From positions 1 to 41,788 of the IMG/VR virus record IMGVR_UViG_3300028914_000022: a DNA stretch of 41,788 nt. One strand, written 5' to 3'. This DNA comes from a virus. This document shows, piece after piece, positions 16,056 to 23,068 of the stretch. The notes beneath the pieces were generated by a model, which saw only the letters and a program-made list of their open reading frames with translations, was not told the DNA's origin and searched no databases. The translations under genes were made by a program, and so were the position numbers. The stretch's first letter is position 1. Each line of letters begins with the position of its first letter.

Positions 16056-16071
16056 CCGGGTATCCGCCCGG
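16056..16071 (-). promoter_or_regulatory. Leader hairpin, copy D (CCGGG-N6-CCCGG)
   Basis: Plus strand reads ttCCGGGtatccgCCCGGt. It lies 27 nt from the -7 box and 8 nt from ATG 16047. Confidence 0.5.
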
Positions 16072-16098
16072 TCGGGGTCTTAAATCAATATTCGGGTG

Positions 16099-16129
16099 CA
16101 AATATAAATGTTTTTTCCTAATTACCAAA
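16099..16129 (-). promoter_or_regulatory. Bacteroidota-type early promoter (TTTG-N19-TAtaTTTG)
   Basis: Minus strand reads aaagaTTTGgtaattaggaaaaaacattTAtaTTTGcacccg. Confidence 0.7.
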
Positions 16130-16178
16130 TCTTTTTTTTTGTTTTTTTATATTCTGAATAAAAATATTTTCTTGTTCG

Positions 16179-16211
16179 CTTGTAACAACACCACGGAAAC
16201 ACCTATTTTTG
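16179..16211 (+). promoter_or_regulatory. Candidate divergent plus-strand promoter (cTTG-N21-TAttTTTG)
   Basis: The -7 box TATTTTTG lies at 16204-16211, 34 nt before ATG 16246. The -33 element is imperfect. Confidence 0.4.
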
Positions 16212-16245
16212 CAATGTCATTCGTTAACCTTTAAAATTAATCATC

Positions 16246-16389
16246 ATGCCCGTACAAAAAGTTCCCGGGGGTTATCGTTGGGGCCAATCCGGTAAAGTTT
16301 ACCCAACCAAAGAACAAGCAGAAGCACAAGGACGCGCCATACTTGCGTCCGGTTACCGCGAAAAACCGACACAAGGCAAAAAGAAATAG
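16246..16389 (+). CDS. 47-aa basic protein, the only plus-strand gene
   Basis: ATG at 16246 and TAG at 16387-16389. The product is MPVQKVPGGYRWGQSGKVYPTKEQAEAQGRAILASGYREKPTQGKKK. It has its own promoter-like box and a downstream hairpin with a T-run, and it resembles a small GGY-x-WG-x-SGK motif I recall from other phages. Confidence 0.5.
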   Translation: MPVQKVPGGYRWGQSGKVYPTKEQAEAQGRAILASGYREKPTQGKKK

Positions 16390-16471
16390 GAAATTCCCCA
16401 AAAATTTTCCGACATTTCCTATATTTGCACCGTCTTTTTACCATCGTATCGCCCAATCGGTATTCTGACAA

Positions 16472-16504
16472 CCCCGCCCGGATCAAACCAGACGGGGTTT
16501 TTTC
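16472..16504. terminator. Convergent (bidirectional) terminator hairpin
   Basis: ccccgcccgg (16472-16481) pairs with ccagacgggg (16488-16497), with 2 mismatches. T7 follows on the plus strand and an A-run precedes. It sits where the plus-strand gene and the minus-strand gene 16483..17049 converge. Confidence 0.5.
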
Positions 16505-17049
16505 TTGTCCCTGTTTGGATTAATAGACCGAATCCTTGCGGCCATTCCCGGGTCATGCTTGCAATAATAATCGTATTTATACAACTCCCCATAACACCCC
16601 GTTTCCAACTCATATTGCATCATTGTTGCAGGTTCCAATTCAATCAACGAAACGTACATTTCTTTCCTGACATCCAATTTCAAAGCCTTTTCAAAAGTAG
16701 GATCAATGTATTTGCTGCCAATCTTAACAAAGGCGTGTTCGATCGGAAGAAGTCCGGGCTCGCTTGCATAACCCTCTACATATCTAACTTGATAATTGAA
16801 CATGCCTTTTGCCAATTGATGTTTCATCAACTTAATGAGCGTTGACGCGTTTCGGTAACAATGTTTTTGCTCCGGGCTGTAAAACTCCTTTAGAAATCCC
16901 AATTCATTCCGTGTAAAGACATCACGCATCCGAACGCATTTCACGGCCTTTGCGTCCGAAACTTTCTGCTGGTAATAAGCCTTTTGAACCGGTCCCCACA
17001 TGAATTCAGCAATCGTGCGCAATTCATCAATGATTGTGTTCGTTTTCAT
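16483..17049 (-). CDS. Putative transglutaminase-like/papain-fold cysteine peptidase
   Basis: HCYRNASTLIKLM...RYVEGYA...IEHAFVKIGSKYIDPTFE shows Cys, His and Asp spaced as in the transglutaminase-like core. The start is the ATG at 17049. Confidence 0.4.
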   Translation of the reverse strand: MKTNTIIDELRTIAEFMWGPVQKAYYQQKVSDAKAVKCVRMRDVFTRNELGFLKEFYSPEQKHCYRNASTLIKLMKHQLAKGMFNYQVRYVEGYASEPGLLPIEHAFVKIGSKYIDPTFEKALKLDVRKEMYVSLIELEPATMMQYELETGCYGELYKYDYYCKHDPGMAARIRSINPNRDKKKPRLV

Positions 17050-17371
17050 GGCTTGCTGTTTTGATATGTTTGTGGATAAGCGAAAAAACAATGTTAATCG
17101 CACCTCTATTCTCGTCGCATTCTTCTTTGGTGCAATCTGCAACAAAATCCTCCAATTTTTTATAAATGGATTCCAAGTCGTCAATCGTCATCGTGTAACG
17201 GCGCGATCCTGTCTCATCGACAAAACCACGTTCGTTTTTCTTGCTATTTACTTCGTTTTTTCTCAAATTAGGGTTGAACCTTCCACCCATTGACTTTAAT
17301 TGTTCTTTGGTTTCCTTGGTATCTCCAATAACTGCAACGGCCTTTTCTGAATAATTGATAATTTGTAACAT
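17027..17371 (-). CDS. Hypothetical early protein
   Basis: 114 aa from the ATG at 17371 (MLQIINYSEKAVAVIGDTKETKEQLKSMGGRFNPNL). The longer ORF-track form overlaps the upstream gene by 77 nt. Confidence 0.5.
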   Translation of the reverse strand: MLQIINYSEKAVAVIGDTKETKEQLKSMGGRFNPNLRKNEVNSKKNERGFVDETGSRRYTMTIDDLESIYKKLEDFVADCTKEECDENRGAINIVFSLIHKHIKTASHENEHNH

Positions 17372-17390
17372 GACTATAAATTTAAATTGG

Positions 17391-17627
17391 TTAATAGACG
17401 TAAAATGATATTTTGATGCCCCGGCGCAACTTGCATACGCAAACATCGCTTGGATCATTAAATGCACGATTTAAAAGCCGATTTGTCAACTCGATGTCCT
17501 TAATCAAGTCAACAAGCCCGGAAACGCCAACCAAGGTGTTGATCTTTTTCCCATCAACCATTCCGGATACCTTTATTTTGTAGGTGCGGTTGATTTCCTT
17601 CGTTGTATATTTCAATGTCGCTTCCAT
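17391..17627 (-). CDS. Hypothetical early protein
   Basis: 78 aa from the ATG at 17627 (MEATLKY). The ORF-track start at 17654 is a TTG. Confidence 0.45.
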   Translation of the reverse strand: MEATLKYTTKEINRTYKIKVSGMVDGKKINTLVGVSGLVDLIKDIELTNRLLNRAFNDPSDVCVCKLRRGIKISFYVY

Positions 17628-17644
17628 GTTGTAAAATTTATTAA

Positions 17645-17929
17645 TTATTGACAAAGTTTCTGACCATGAAATACTACATATTTCGACTGTTCAATTTTCT
17701 TTTGTTTGAAACCTTGTATTTCATCAAACCAAAACACGAAATTCTTTTTACCGATAACTTCCAGAACTTCACCAAGCCATTCTGTAAAATTCATTGAAAG
17801 ATTTACAGATCTTGACCACATTGCCTCGCAAATTACATTGAGTGTTTCGCTTGTAATGTCACCTTTGTAACCGGTAACGTATTCTCCACATTGTTTTTGC
17901 GCTCTCTTAATAATTTCTGCGTTTTTCAT
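17645..17929 (-). CDS. Hypothetical early protein (first gene after the early promoter)
   Basis: 94-aa ORF whose ATG lies 18 nt after leader hairpin C. Confidence 0.55.
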   Translation of the reverse strand: MKNAEIIKRAQKQCGEYVTGYKGDITSETLNVICEAMWSRSVNLSMNFTEWLGEVLEVIGKKNFVFWFDEIQGFKQKKIEQSKYVVFHGQKLCQ

Positions 17930-17947
17930 TTTTTTGTCTTTTTAGTT

Positions 17948-17963
17948 CCGGGAACCGCCCCGG
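17948..17963 (-). promoter_or_regulatory. Leader hairpin, copy C (CCGGG-N6-CCCGG)
   Basis: Plus strand reads ttCCGGGaaccgcCCCGGt. It lies 26 nt from the -7 box. Confidence 0.5.
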
Positions 17964-17989
17964 TGCGTCTTTGTTGATTGATTACGATG

Positions 17990-18020
17990 CAAAATTAAAG
18001 ATATTTTTTTAATTACCAAC
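17990..18020 (-). promoter_or_regulatory. Bacteroidota-type early promoter (gTTG-N19-TAatTTTG)
   Basis: Minus strand reads aaaagtgTTGGtaattaaaaaaatatcttTAatTTTGcatcg. Long A/T tracts lie upstream. Confidence 0.65.
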
Positions 18021-18092
18021 ACTTTTTTTTATTTTTTTTTCAAAAAAAGTTATTTTTTTAAAAAAATCGATTTGCGGCGTTATTTTTTTGCG

Positions 18093-18111
18093 GATGATAA
18101 ATTATATCATC
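18093..18111. promoter_or_regulatory. Perfect palindrome GATGATA-aatta-TATCATC (candidate operator)
   Basis: 7-bp inverted arms with a 5-bp spacer. It contains the 14-mer ATGATAAATTATAT, which is also found at 29349 and, reversed, at 7901. Confidence 0.45.
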
Positions 18112-18155
18112 TGGCAATCAAAATGCGTCAGAATGCCAAAAAATCAACGAAATCC

Positions 18156-18199
18156 ATAAAAAACAAAAACCCCGGTAAACAGTTGCCGCTGTACCGGGG
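18156..18199 (-). terminator. Strong intrinsic terminator at the end of the late/lysis operon
   Basis: ccccggta (18170-18177) pairs with taccgggg (18192-18199) as a perfect 8-bp stem, extended by a cag/ctg pair. On the minus strand it is followed by tttttgtttttt. Confidence 0.75.
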
Positions 18200-18249
18200 T
18201 AAAAAAACAATAACCCTGTTTTTAATAAGAGGAGCGTGCAAAAATACAA

Positions 18250-18867
18250 TTATTCTTCAATAACTACATGCTCAACACCAATTATTGACGTGTGCGGATT
18301 CTTGCTTACGACATCTACACGACGGTCAACAACCTTGTTTGTCTTCCATAAAAACCCAAGGAAACGTTTGTACTTGACCGTCTCAGCGATCAACAACGAA
18401 TCCCGGTTGAACAATGTGCCAGTGAACGCGTCTTGTGTCAACAGGCCGTCAAAATCAAACCATTTGTCGCCGCAATGTACGGCCACGGCCGGCACCAATA
18501 CTGAATCGCGAACAATCACGGTATCTTTTGGAACGGCCAACAACTCTATGATCGTTTGCGATTGTGTTTTGTTGATGGAGGCCAAATCGCGATTCTTTGT
18601 CTTCAACTCGCGTATCAACGCCGCATCCTCGGCCCGGTAACGTTCAAATTCCTTTATCGACAATTCCAATGATTGCACCCGGGCCGCGCTCAATGAATCA
18701 CGCAAACGGTACATTTCGACATCACTCAACAAAGATGTCGTGTTGTGCATGTATTTATCACAATCGCGCTTTAATTGTTGGATTTGCCGATATTGCGCCC
18801 AGACAAAACAAAGGATTGCGACAAATACTGCCGCAATCCCGATTCCGACTTTGTTGCGAAAATCCAT
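18250..18867 (-). CDS. Membrane-anchored coiled-coil protein (i-spanin-like lysis accessory)
   Basis: It has an N-terminal TM helix (VGIGIAAVFVAILCFVWA) followed by a coiled coil, and it is the last gene of the lysis cluster. Confidence 0.4.
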   Translation of the reverse strand: MDFRNKVGIGIAAVFVAILCFVWAQYRQIQQLKRDCDKYMHNTTSLLSDVEMYRLRDSLSAARVQSLELSIKEFERYRAEDAALIRELKTKNRDLASINKTQSQTIIELLAVPKDTVIVRDSVLVPAVAVHCGDKWFDFDGLLTQDAFTGTLFNRDSLLIAETVKYKRFLGFLWKTNKVVDRRVDVVSKNPHTSIIGVEHVVIEE

Positions 18868-19223
18868 TACCCGGCGATGTTTGTTTTATCAGTCGAGTTG
18901 TAGGACCAACCGCTTTCCGTATGGTCATACGAAACGGTTTCGACTGTGGACGCATCTGTGTACGTCAAGCACAAACCGCCGTTGTCGGCATCTTTGTACG
19001 AAACGACGTACAGGTGTTTTGCGGTTCCGGTTTTCTTGGCAACCTTCGCGCCAATTTCCAACGCGTCAAGTTGTTCACCTGTCAATGCCGTAATGTCCGT
19101 TACCTCAATCGGCAACGCGGCACCAGCGATGGCGGAAAGAATGGTCGGCAACGCGCCGCCAAGGTCAACGGCGTCGCCTTGGCCGGCGATCTTTGAATTA
19201 ATCAAAGCAAGAATTTCATTCAT
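18867..19223 (-). CDS. Hypothetical protein
   Basis: 118-aa ORF with an ATG start, lying between the endolysin and the spanin-like gene. Confidence 0.5.
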   Translation of the reverse strand: MNEILALINSKIAGQGDAVDLGGALPTILSAIAGAALPIEVTDITALTGEQLDALEIGAKVAKKTGTAKHLYVVSYKDADNGGLCLTYTDASTVETVSYDHTESGWSYNSTDKTNIAG

Positions 19224-19253
19224 GGCAAATTGTTTTTAATGGTTAATAATTGG

Positions 19254-19802
19254 TTATTTGTCCCGGTGTCCTATAATAGTCACAATCGGAAATTCGTTTT
19301 TAACTTCAAAACACGGACACGCCTTTGTCCATTCGTAACGGTTTATGAAACCGTCACCGTTAAGATCAGGCGATGTGTCACGATGTCCCAATACTTCGAC
19401 GATCGGATATTTGTCCATCAGTTCGAAAACCAACTTGTGCATGGCCTTTTTCTGGGCCATCGTCCGGGTGTCCTTCGGTATCGTCTTTCCTTTCTCGTTA
19501 AGTTTGGCAACGATCTGGCCTTTTGAATTGGTAGTACCTTCGATGCCTCCAATGTAACAAATACCGATCGAATGAGTATTGTACGAACGTCTGGAAAATC
19601 CCTTGGTATTGCAATGCGCACCGTCCATCGTCAGCGGTCGCCCTGTCTCGATCGTACCGTCCAAGTCGATCACGTAATTGTAACCGATCATCTTCCAACC
19701 CTTTTGTTTGTGCATCGCGTCGATGTCTTTGGCGCGTATATCCTTGCCCTCTGGGGTCGCAGAACAATGGATGATTATTGCATCTATGTTTTCCGGTTTC
19801 AT
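19254..19802 (-). CDS. N-acetylmuramoyl-L-alanine amidase (Amidase_2/PGRP, T7-lysozyme-like endolysin)
   Basis: Motifs present: IIIHCSAT, GYNYVIDLDG, NTHSIGICY, VLGHRD and CPCF. These give the Zn ligands His, His and Cys. Confidence 0.88.
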   Translation of the reverse strand: MKPENIDAIIIHCSATPEGKDIRAKDIDAMHKQKGWKMIGYNYVIDLDGTIETGRPLTMDGAHCNTKGFSRRSYNTHSIGICYIGGIEGTTNSKGQIVAKLNEKGKTIPKDTRTMAQKKAMHKLVFELMDKYPIVEVLGHRDTSPDLNGDGFINRYEWTKACPCFEVKNEFPIVTIIGHRDK

Positions 19803-20125
19803 TTTTCTTTGTTGTTTTCTTGATTTTCATTGCCCGGGCCGTCTTGGTCCTTTACCTCAATTGTAGTTTTTCCATGTGTCAATTTAACCCCAAGACCCTC
19901 GCGGATCGCTTCGCGGGCCTCCACCAACGTAGCAAATGCAAACAATACTGAAGCGGCCATTAAAACCGAATTAGCAATTTCGCCCGGTGGAGGCGTGCAA
20001 AACGATGCGATAAACAATGCGATTGTCGTTAATCCAAAAATCCACAACAACATGGTCGTCGTTTTGGTTACATTCCGCGTTTCTTCGCGAAATCTTTCAA
20101 TCCTTTGTTCAATCTTTTCTTTCAT
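19799..20125 (-). CDS. Holin candidate (2 TM helices)
   Basis: 108 aa with two hydrophobic helices and a charged C-terminus. It is ATGA-coupled to the amidase gene. Confidence 0.55.
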   Translation of the reverse strand: MKEKIEQRIERFREETRNVTKTTTMLLWIFGLTTIALFIASFCTPPPGEIANSVLMAASVLFAFATLVEAREAIREGLGVKLTHGKTTIEVKDQDGPGNENQENNKEK

Positions 20126-20179
20126 ATAACTATTGTTAACAAGGTTAGATTAGTTTTACGATGATTGTATCCACCATAA

Positions 20180-22183
20180 TTATATTACACCTCCAATGAA
20201 TCTGAACATGTCCTCGGCAATCAGCCTGTGACCGTCCAAGGATGGATGAACGTTGTCTGGAAGAAGTGTATCGTTACCACCTATATTCGCAACATTGATG
20301 ATGCTGTTATGCAACATGTCGTGGAACTCGATTCCGTAACTCTCGCACACTAACTTCATTCTTGCCACTAATTCGTTCATTGTATAGCCATTATAGAATT
20401 GGTCGTAATTCATCGCCCACGAAGTTCCAACTTTTGATGGAGGATTACTTGAGATACCCGTTGCACAATTTACTGGCGAGAACACAATTATCTTAATGTT
20501 TTGATTCTCGCTTATCAACTTATCGAAACACCATTTCATGTTTGCCTCAACGGCATCAAGTGTTGCTTGTGGAGCCAATTCTTGCTGATCTGGTTGTTTC
20601 CAGTCGTTAACACCAAGAAAAATAGTGATTAAGTCATAATCGGCAGCATCAACATAAAAACGAATCTCCTCTTCTGTTTGAGGATCTGAAATTGATAGTT
20701 GTTCCTTTAGGTTCCACTCACGATTTGACGAAGATGATCTCTGAACCCAACCCATACCACCAATACCTTTATTAGTTAGTTTATAACCGAGCAATTTCTG
20801 TAGTCTTGCAACATAGGTCTTTGTTGCATCGGTCGTTGATAAACCCGCTGAATGACCACCACCATCCTCATTATTGACGTAATATCCTGAAGCAACATCT
20901 GGGTTTTTGTAACTATACACGCCAAATGTAAGACTATCTCCAAGAGCGAGCCAATTATAATTAGAATTTTCAACTTTGTTTATGATAAATTTTGTATATA
21001 TGGTTTTATCAGTTAATTCGGTAGATTGACCTGATCTGACATAAAATCCAAGAGTGAAATACTCACCTTTTGTTATTGATGTTGCTGACGATACTTTTTC
21101 CTCAAAACTATTATCATCAACATCATACAAATACTTATCGACATTACAATCAGAAGAAACTTCTATTGTCATATCGAATGGTGCAATCATTTTAGGAGTA
21201 CCAACATATTTGGTTGCATCAGCATTTGGAACCACATTACCACTACTATTATATCTTAATCCCATTATAGGTTTTAAGAAAAATAGATAATTGTCTGGTA
21301 AATCTGTAATGATTCTATCAGAATATGCGATACTCTTACTATAATTGTTAGCACATTCTTCATGATTCTGATTAACTAACACTTCAATATTATCACATGT
21401 TGTGTTATTCCATACATCCTTACCATTGATAAGTAATTTCTCTATAATGCTTACTGCGTTACTTTTGCCGAAATAAAGATACTTGGTCCCTGTCCTTGGC
21501 GTGATGGTCGTCAGATCGCCAGTCGTTGATCCAATGGTCAATCTATTTCCTTGACCTGCAGCCGTTACGCAAGGAGCACCCTCATTAATTATAAGTTCAT
21601 CCGAAGACAACCAACAATAATATAATATTACTCCAGTCGCATTCTGTATCTGGACAACATCTGTATCTTTAATTGGAAAGATATAACTCTTATAGTTAGA
21701 ACCAGAAACCACCTTATTGGCAGGGGAAGATGTATCTCCACTAATGAAAATATTCATTGGTGCCAACTCTTTAAGAGGCTTAACACCATAGAAATAAAAT
21801 GCATTATTCAATTTTTTCCCCTGTTCAGCACTCAAAACGTTGTTTGCTCCGCCTGTTATTAGATCGTTAATAACATTCACTATTGAAATTGTATTCTTTA
21901 CCCACCCGCCATTGTAAGCAAAAACGCACAAACTTCCTTGCGGAATTTCAATTGCAGTACCGAAATTCGAATAAGTGCCAGCACCACCAATATAAAACAC
22001 ATTTTGGTCCGGCGTCCCGGGGGTGGTTTGTGGTGTAGCAACACCAATAAATTGGTATCCCGATCCCAATGAATTAATCATTGCAATTAAAGAATCTTGC
22101 AGCACCTGTCCGGTAATCTCTTTATTTCCATTGGTCTTGATGACATCTTGGATTGCATTTTTTAAAGTGTTATAATTAGCCAT
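20180..22183 (-). CDS. Tail fibre/spike protein with a C-terminal SGNH/GDSL esterase domain
   Basis: The four SGNH blocks lie in aa 408-667: LALGDSLTFG (I), KGIGGMGW (II), IFLGVNDW (III) and DNVHPSLDGH (V). The gene sits in the distal tail gene position. Confidence 0.75.
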   Translation of the reverse strand: MANYNTLKNAIQDVIKTNGNKEITGQVLQDSLIAMINSLGSGYQFIGVATPQTTPGTPDQNVFYIGGAGTYSNFGTAIEIPQGSLCVFAYNGGWVKNTISIVNVINDLITGGANNVLSAEQGKKLNNAFYFYGVKPLKELAPMNIFISGDTSSPANKVVSGSNYKSYIFPIKDTDVVQIQNATGVILYYCWLSSDELIINEGAPCVTAAGQGNRLTIGSTTGDLTTITPRTGTKYLYFGKSNAVSIIEKLLINGKDVWNNTTCDNIEVLVNQNHEECANNYSKSIAYSDRIITDLPDNYLFFLKPIMGLRYNSSGNVVPNADATKYVGTPKMIAPFDMTIEVSSDCNVDKYLYDVDDNSFEEKVSSATSITKGEYFTLGFYVRSGQSTELTDKTIYTKFIINKVENSNYNWLALGDSLTFGVYSYKNPDVASGYYVNNEDGGGHSAGLSTTDATKTYVARLQKLLGYKLTNKGIGGMGWVQRSSSSNREWNLKEQLSISDPQTEEEIRFYVDAADYDLITIFLGVNDWKQPDQQELAPQATLDAVEANMKWCFDKLISENQNIKIIVFSPVNCATGISSNPPSKVGTSWAMNYDQFYNGYTMNELVARMKLVCESYGIEFHDMLHNSIINVANIGGNDTLLPDNVHPSLDGHRLIAEDMFRFIGGVI

Positions 22184-22186
22184 AAT

Positions 22187-23068
22187 TTAAACGTTTTGTT
22201 CTTGGTTATTGAAATCATTGTTAAAGTCGTCATTGTAATCGGCTCCGAATGTTTGTATGTAACCACGTCCGATCTTCTTGGCAACGGTTGAGGTGTTGAA
22301 TTCAGCATCCACGGCGGCAACATCCCCGTTGTTTTCCCATTCCGGGGTAATTAAGAAAGTATCCAAATTATATGTCTGGTCATTTTTTGTTATTTTGGCA
22401 AAATCTGCCATTCTAATCAACCTCATAACGTCCAATATGTATTCCGATGCAAGAAAACTGAAACGGTATTTCTTTTCCGAAATTTGCTTGATCGGGAAAA
22501 AGTAACCATCCCTTGTTTCTCCCTCTTCGTCAAAGGTATATTCCGGCTTGGCGATGTCCGACTGCAAATACAAAACATTCTTGAATGTGGGATTGGTATA
22601 AACAATGGTTCCGGCATCCATCGTGAAATCCCCGACATCCCACCATTCGATTTTAAGATATGGTGCGATGTCGTTTACAACCGTGAAGATTTCCGAAAAA
22701 TAATTTGTTCCATTTATTGTAATCTGCAAATAATATTGTCCGTTGGCCAATGATGTAAAAGCAGGTAACATTCCCGGATAAACCGCAACGGTATAACCCA
22801 ATTCGGAAAATTGCTTGAATGCAAAACCCGTGTCGTTCATCTTTGCCGCAACGCTTGAATCAACAACAGTGTTTGTCTTCGCCTCATACAATACACATGA
22901 GGACATTGACGGATTAGCGTTATAATCCAGAAGGATTTGGAACGGTAACAGAAATCCGGCCGGGGTAAACAAAGGATAAACACGCCCGTAAATCCACCAT
23001 TTGCGTGCGTTCTGTTGGTCAATAGACGTGTACCAAGGCAATACAGATAAATTGTTATTCGGTATCAT
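22187..23068 (-). CDS. Tail/baseplate-associated hypothetical protein
   Basis: 293-aa ORF between the large post-TMP protein and the fibre gene. Its C-terminus is ADYNDDFNNDFNNQEQNV. Confidence 0.5.
   Translation of the reverse strand: MIPNNNLSVLPWYTSIDQQNARKWWIYGRVYPLFTPAGFLLPFQILLDYNANPSMSSCVLYEAKTNTVVDSSVAAKMNDTGFAFKQFSELGYTVAVYPGMLPAFTSLANGQYYLQITINGTNYFSEIFTVVNDIAPYLKIEWWDVGDFTMDAGTIVYTNPTFKNVLYLQSDIAKPEYTFDEEGETRDGYFFPIKQISEKKYRFSFLASEYILDVMRLIRMADFAKITKNDQTYNLDTFLITPEWENNGDVAAVDAEFNTSTVAKKIGRGYIQTFGADYNDDFNNDFNNQEQNV

Noticed and set aside
16244-16486. 80-aa minus-strand ORF antisense to the 47-aa plus-strand gene.
   Set aside because: Its product is Arg/Leu-rich and has no start context. 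The plus-strand frame has a promoter-like box, a terminator and a plausible conserved-looking peptide.
16420-16504. Possible small RNA of about 70 nt: a plus-strand TATATTTG box at 16420-16427 followed by the terminator hairpin at 16472-16504.
   Set aside because: Only a -7 box is present, with no -33 TTTG, and such 8-mers are expected by chance several times per strand. The region may simply be the 3' UTR of the 47-aa gene. RNA-seq is needed.
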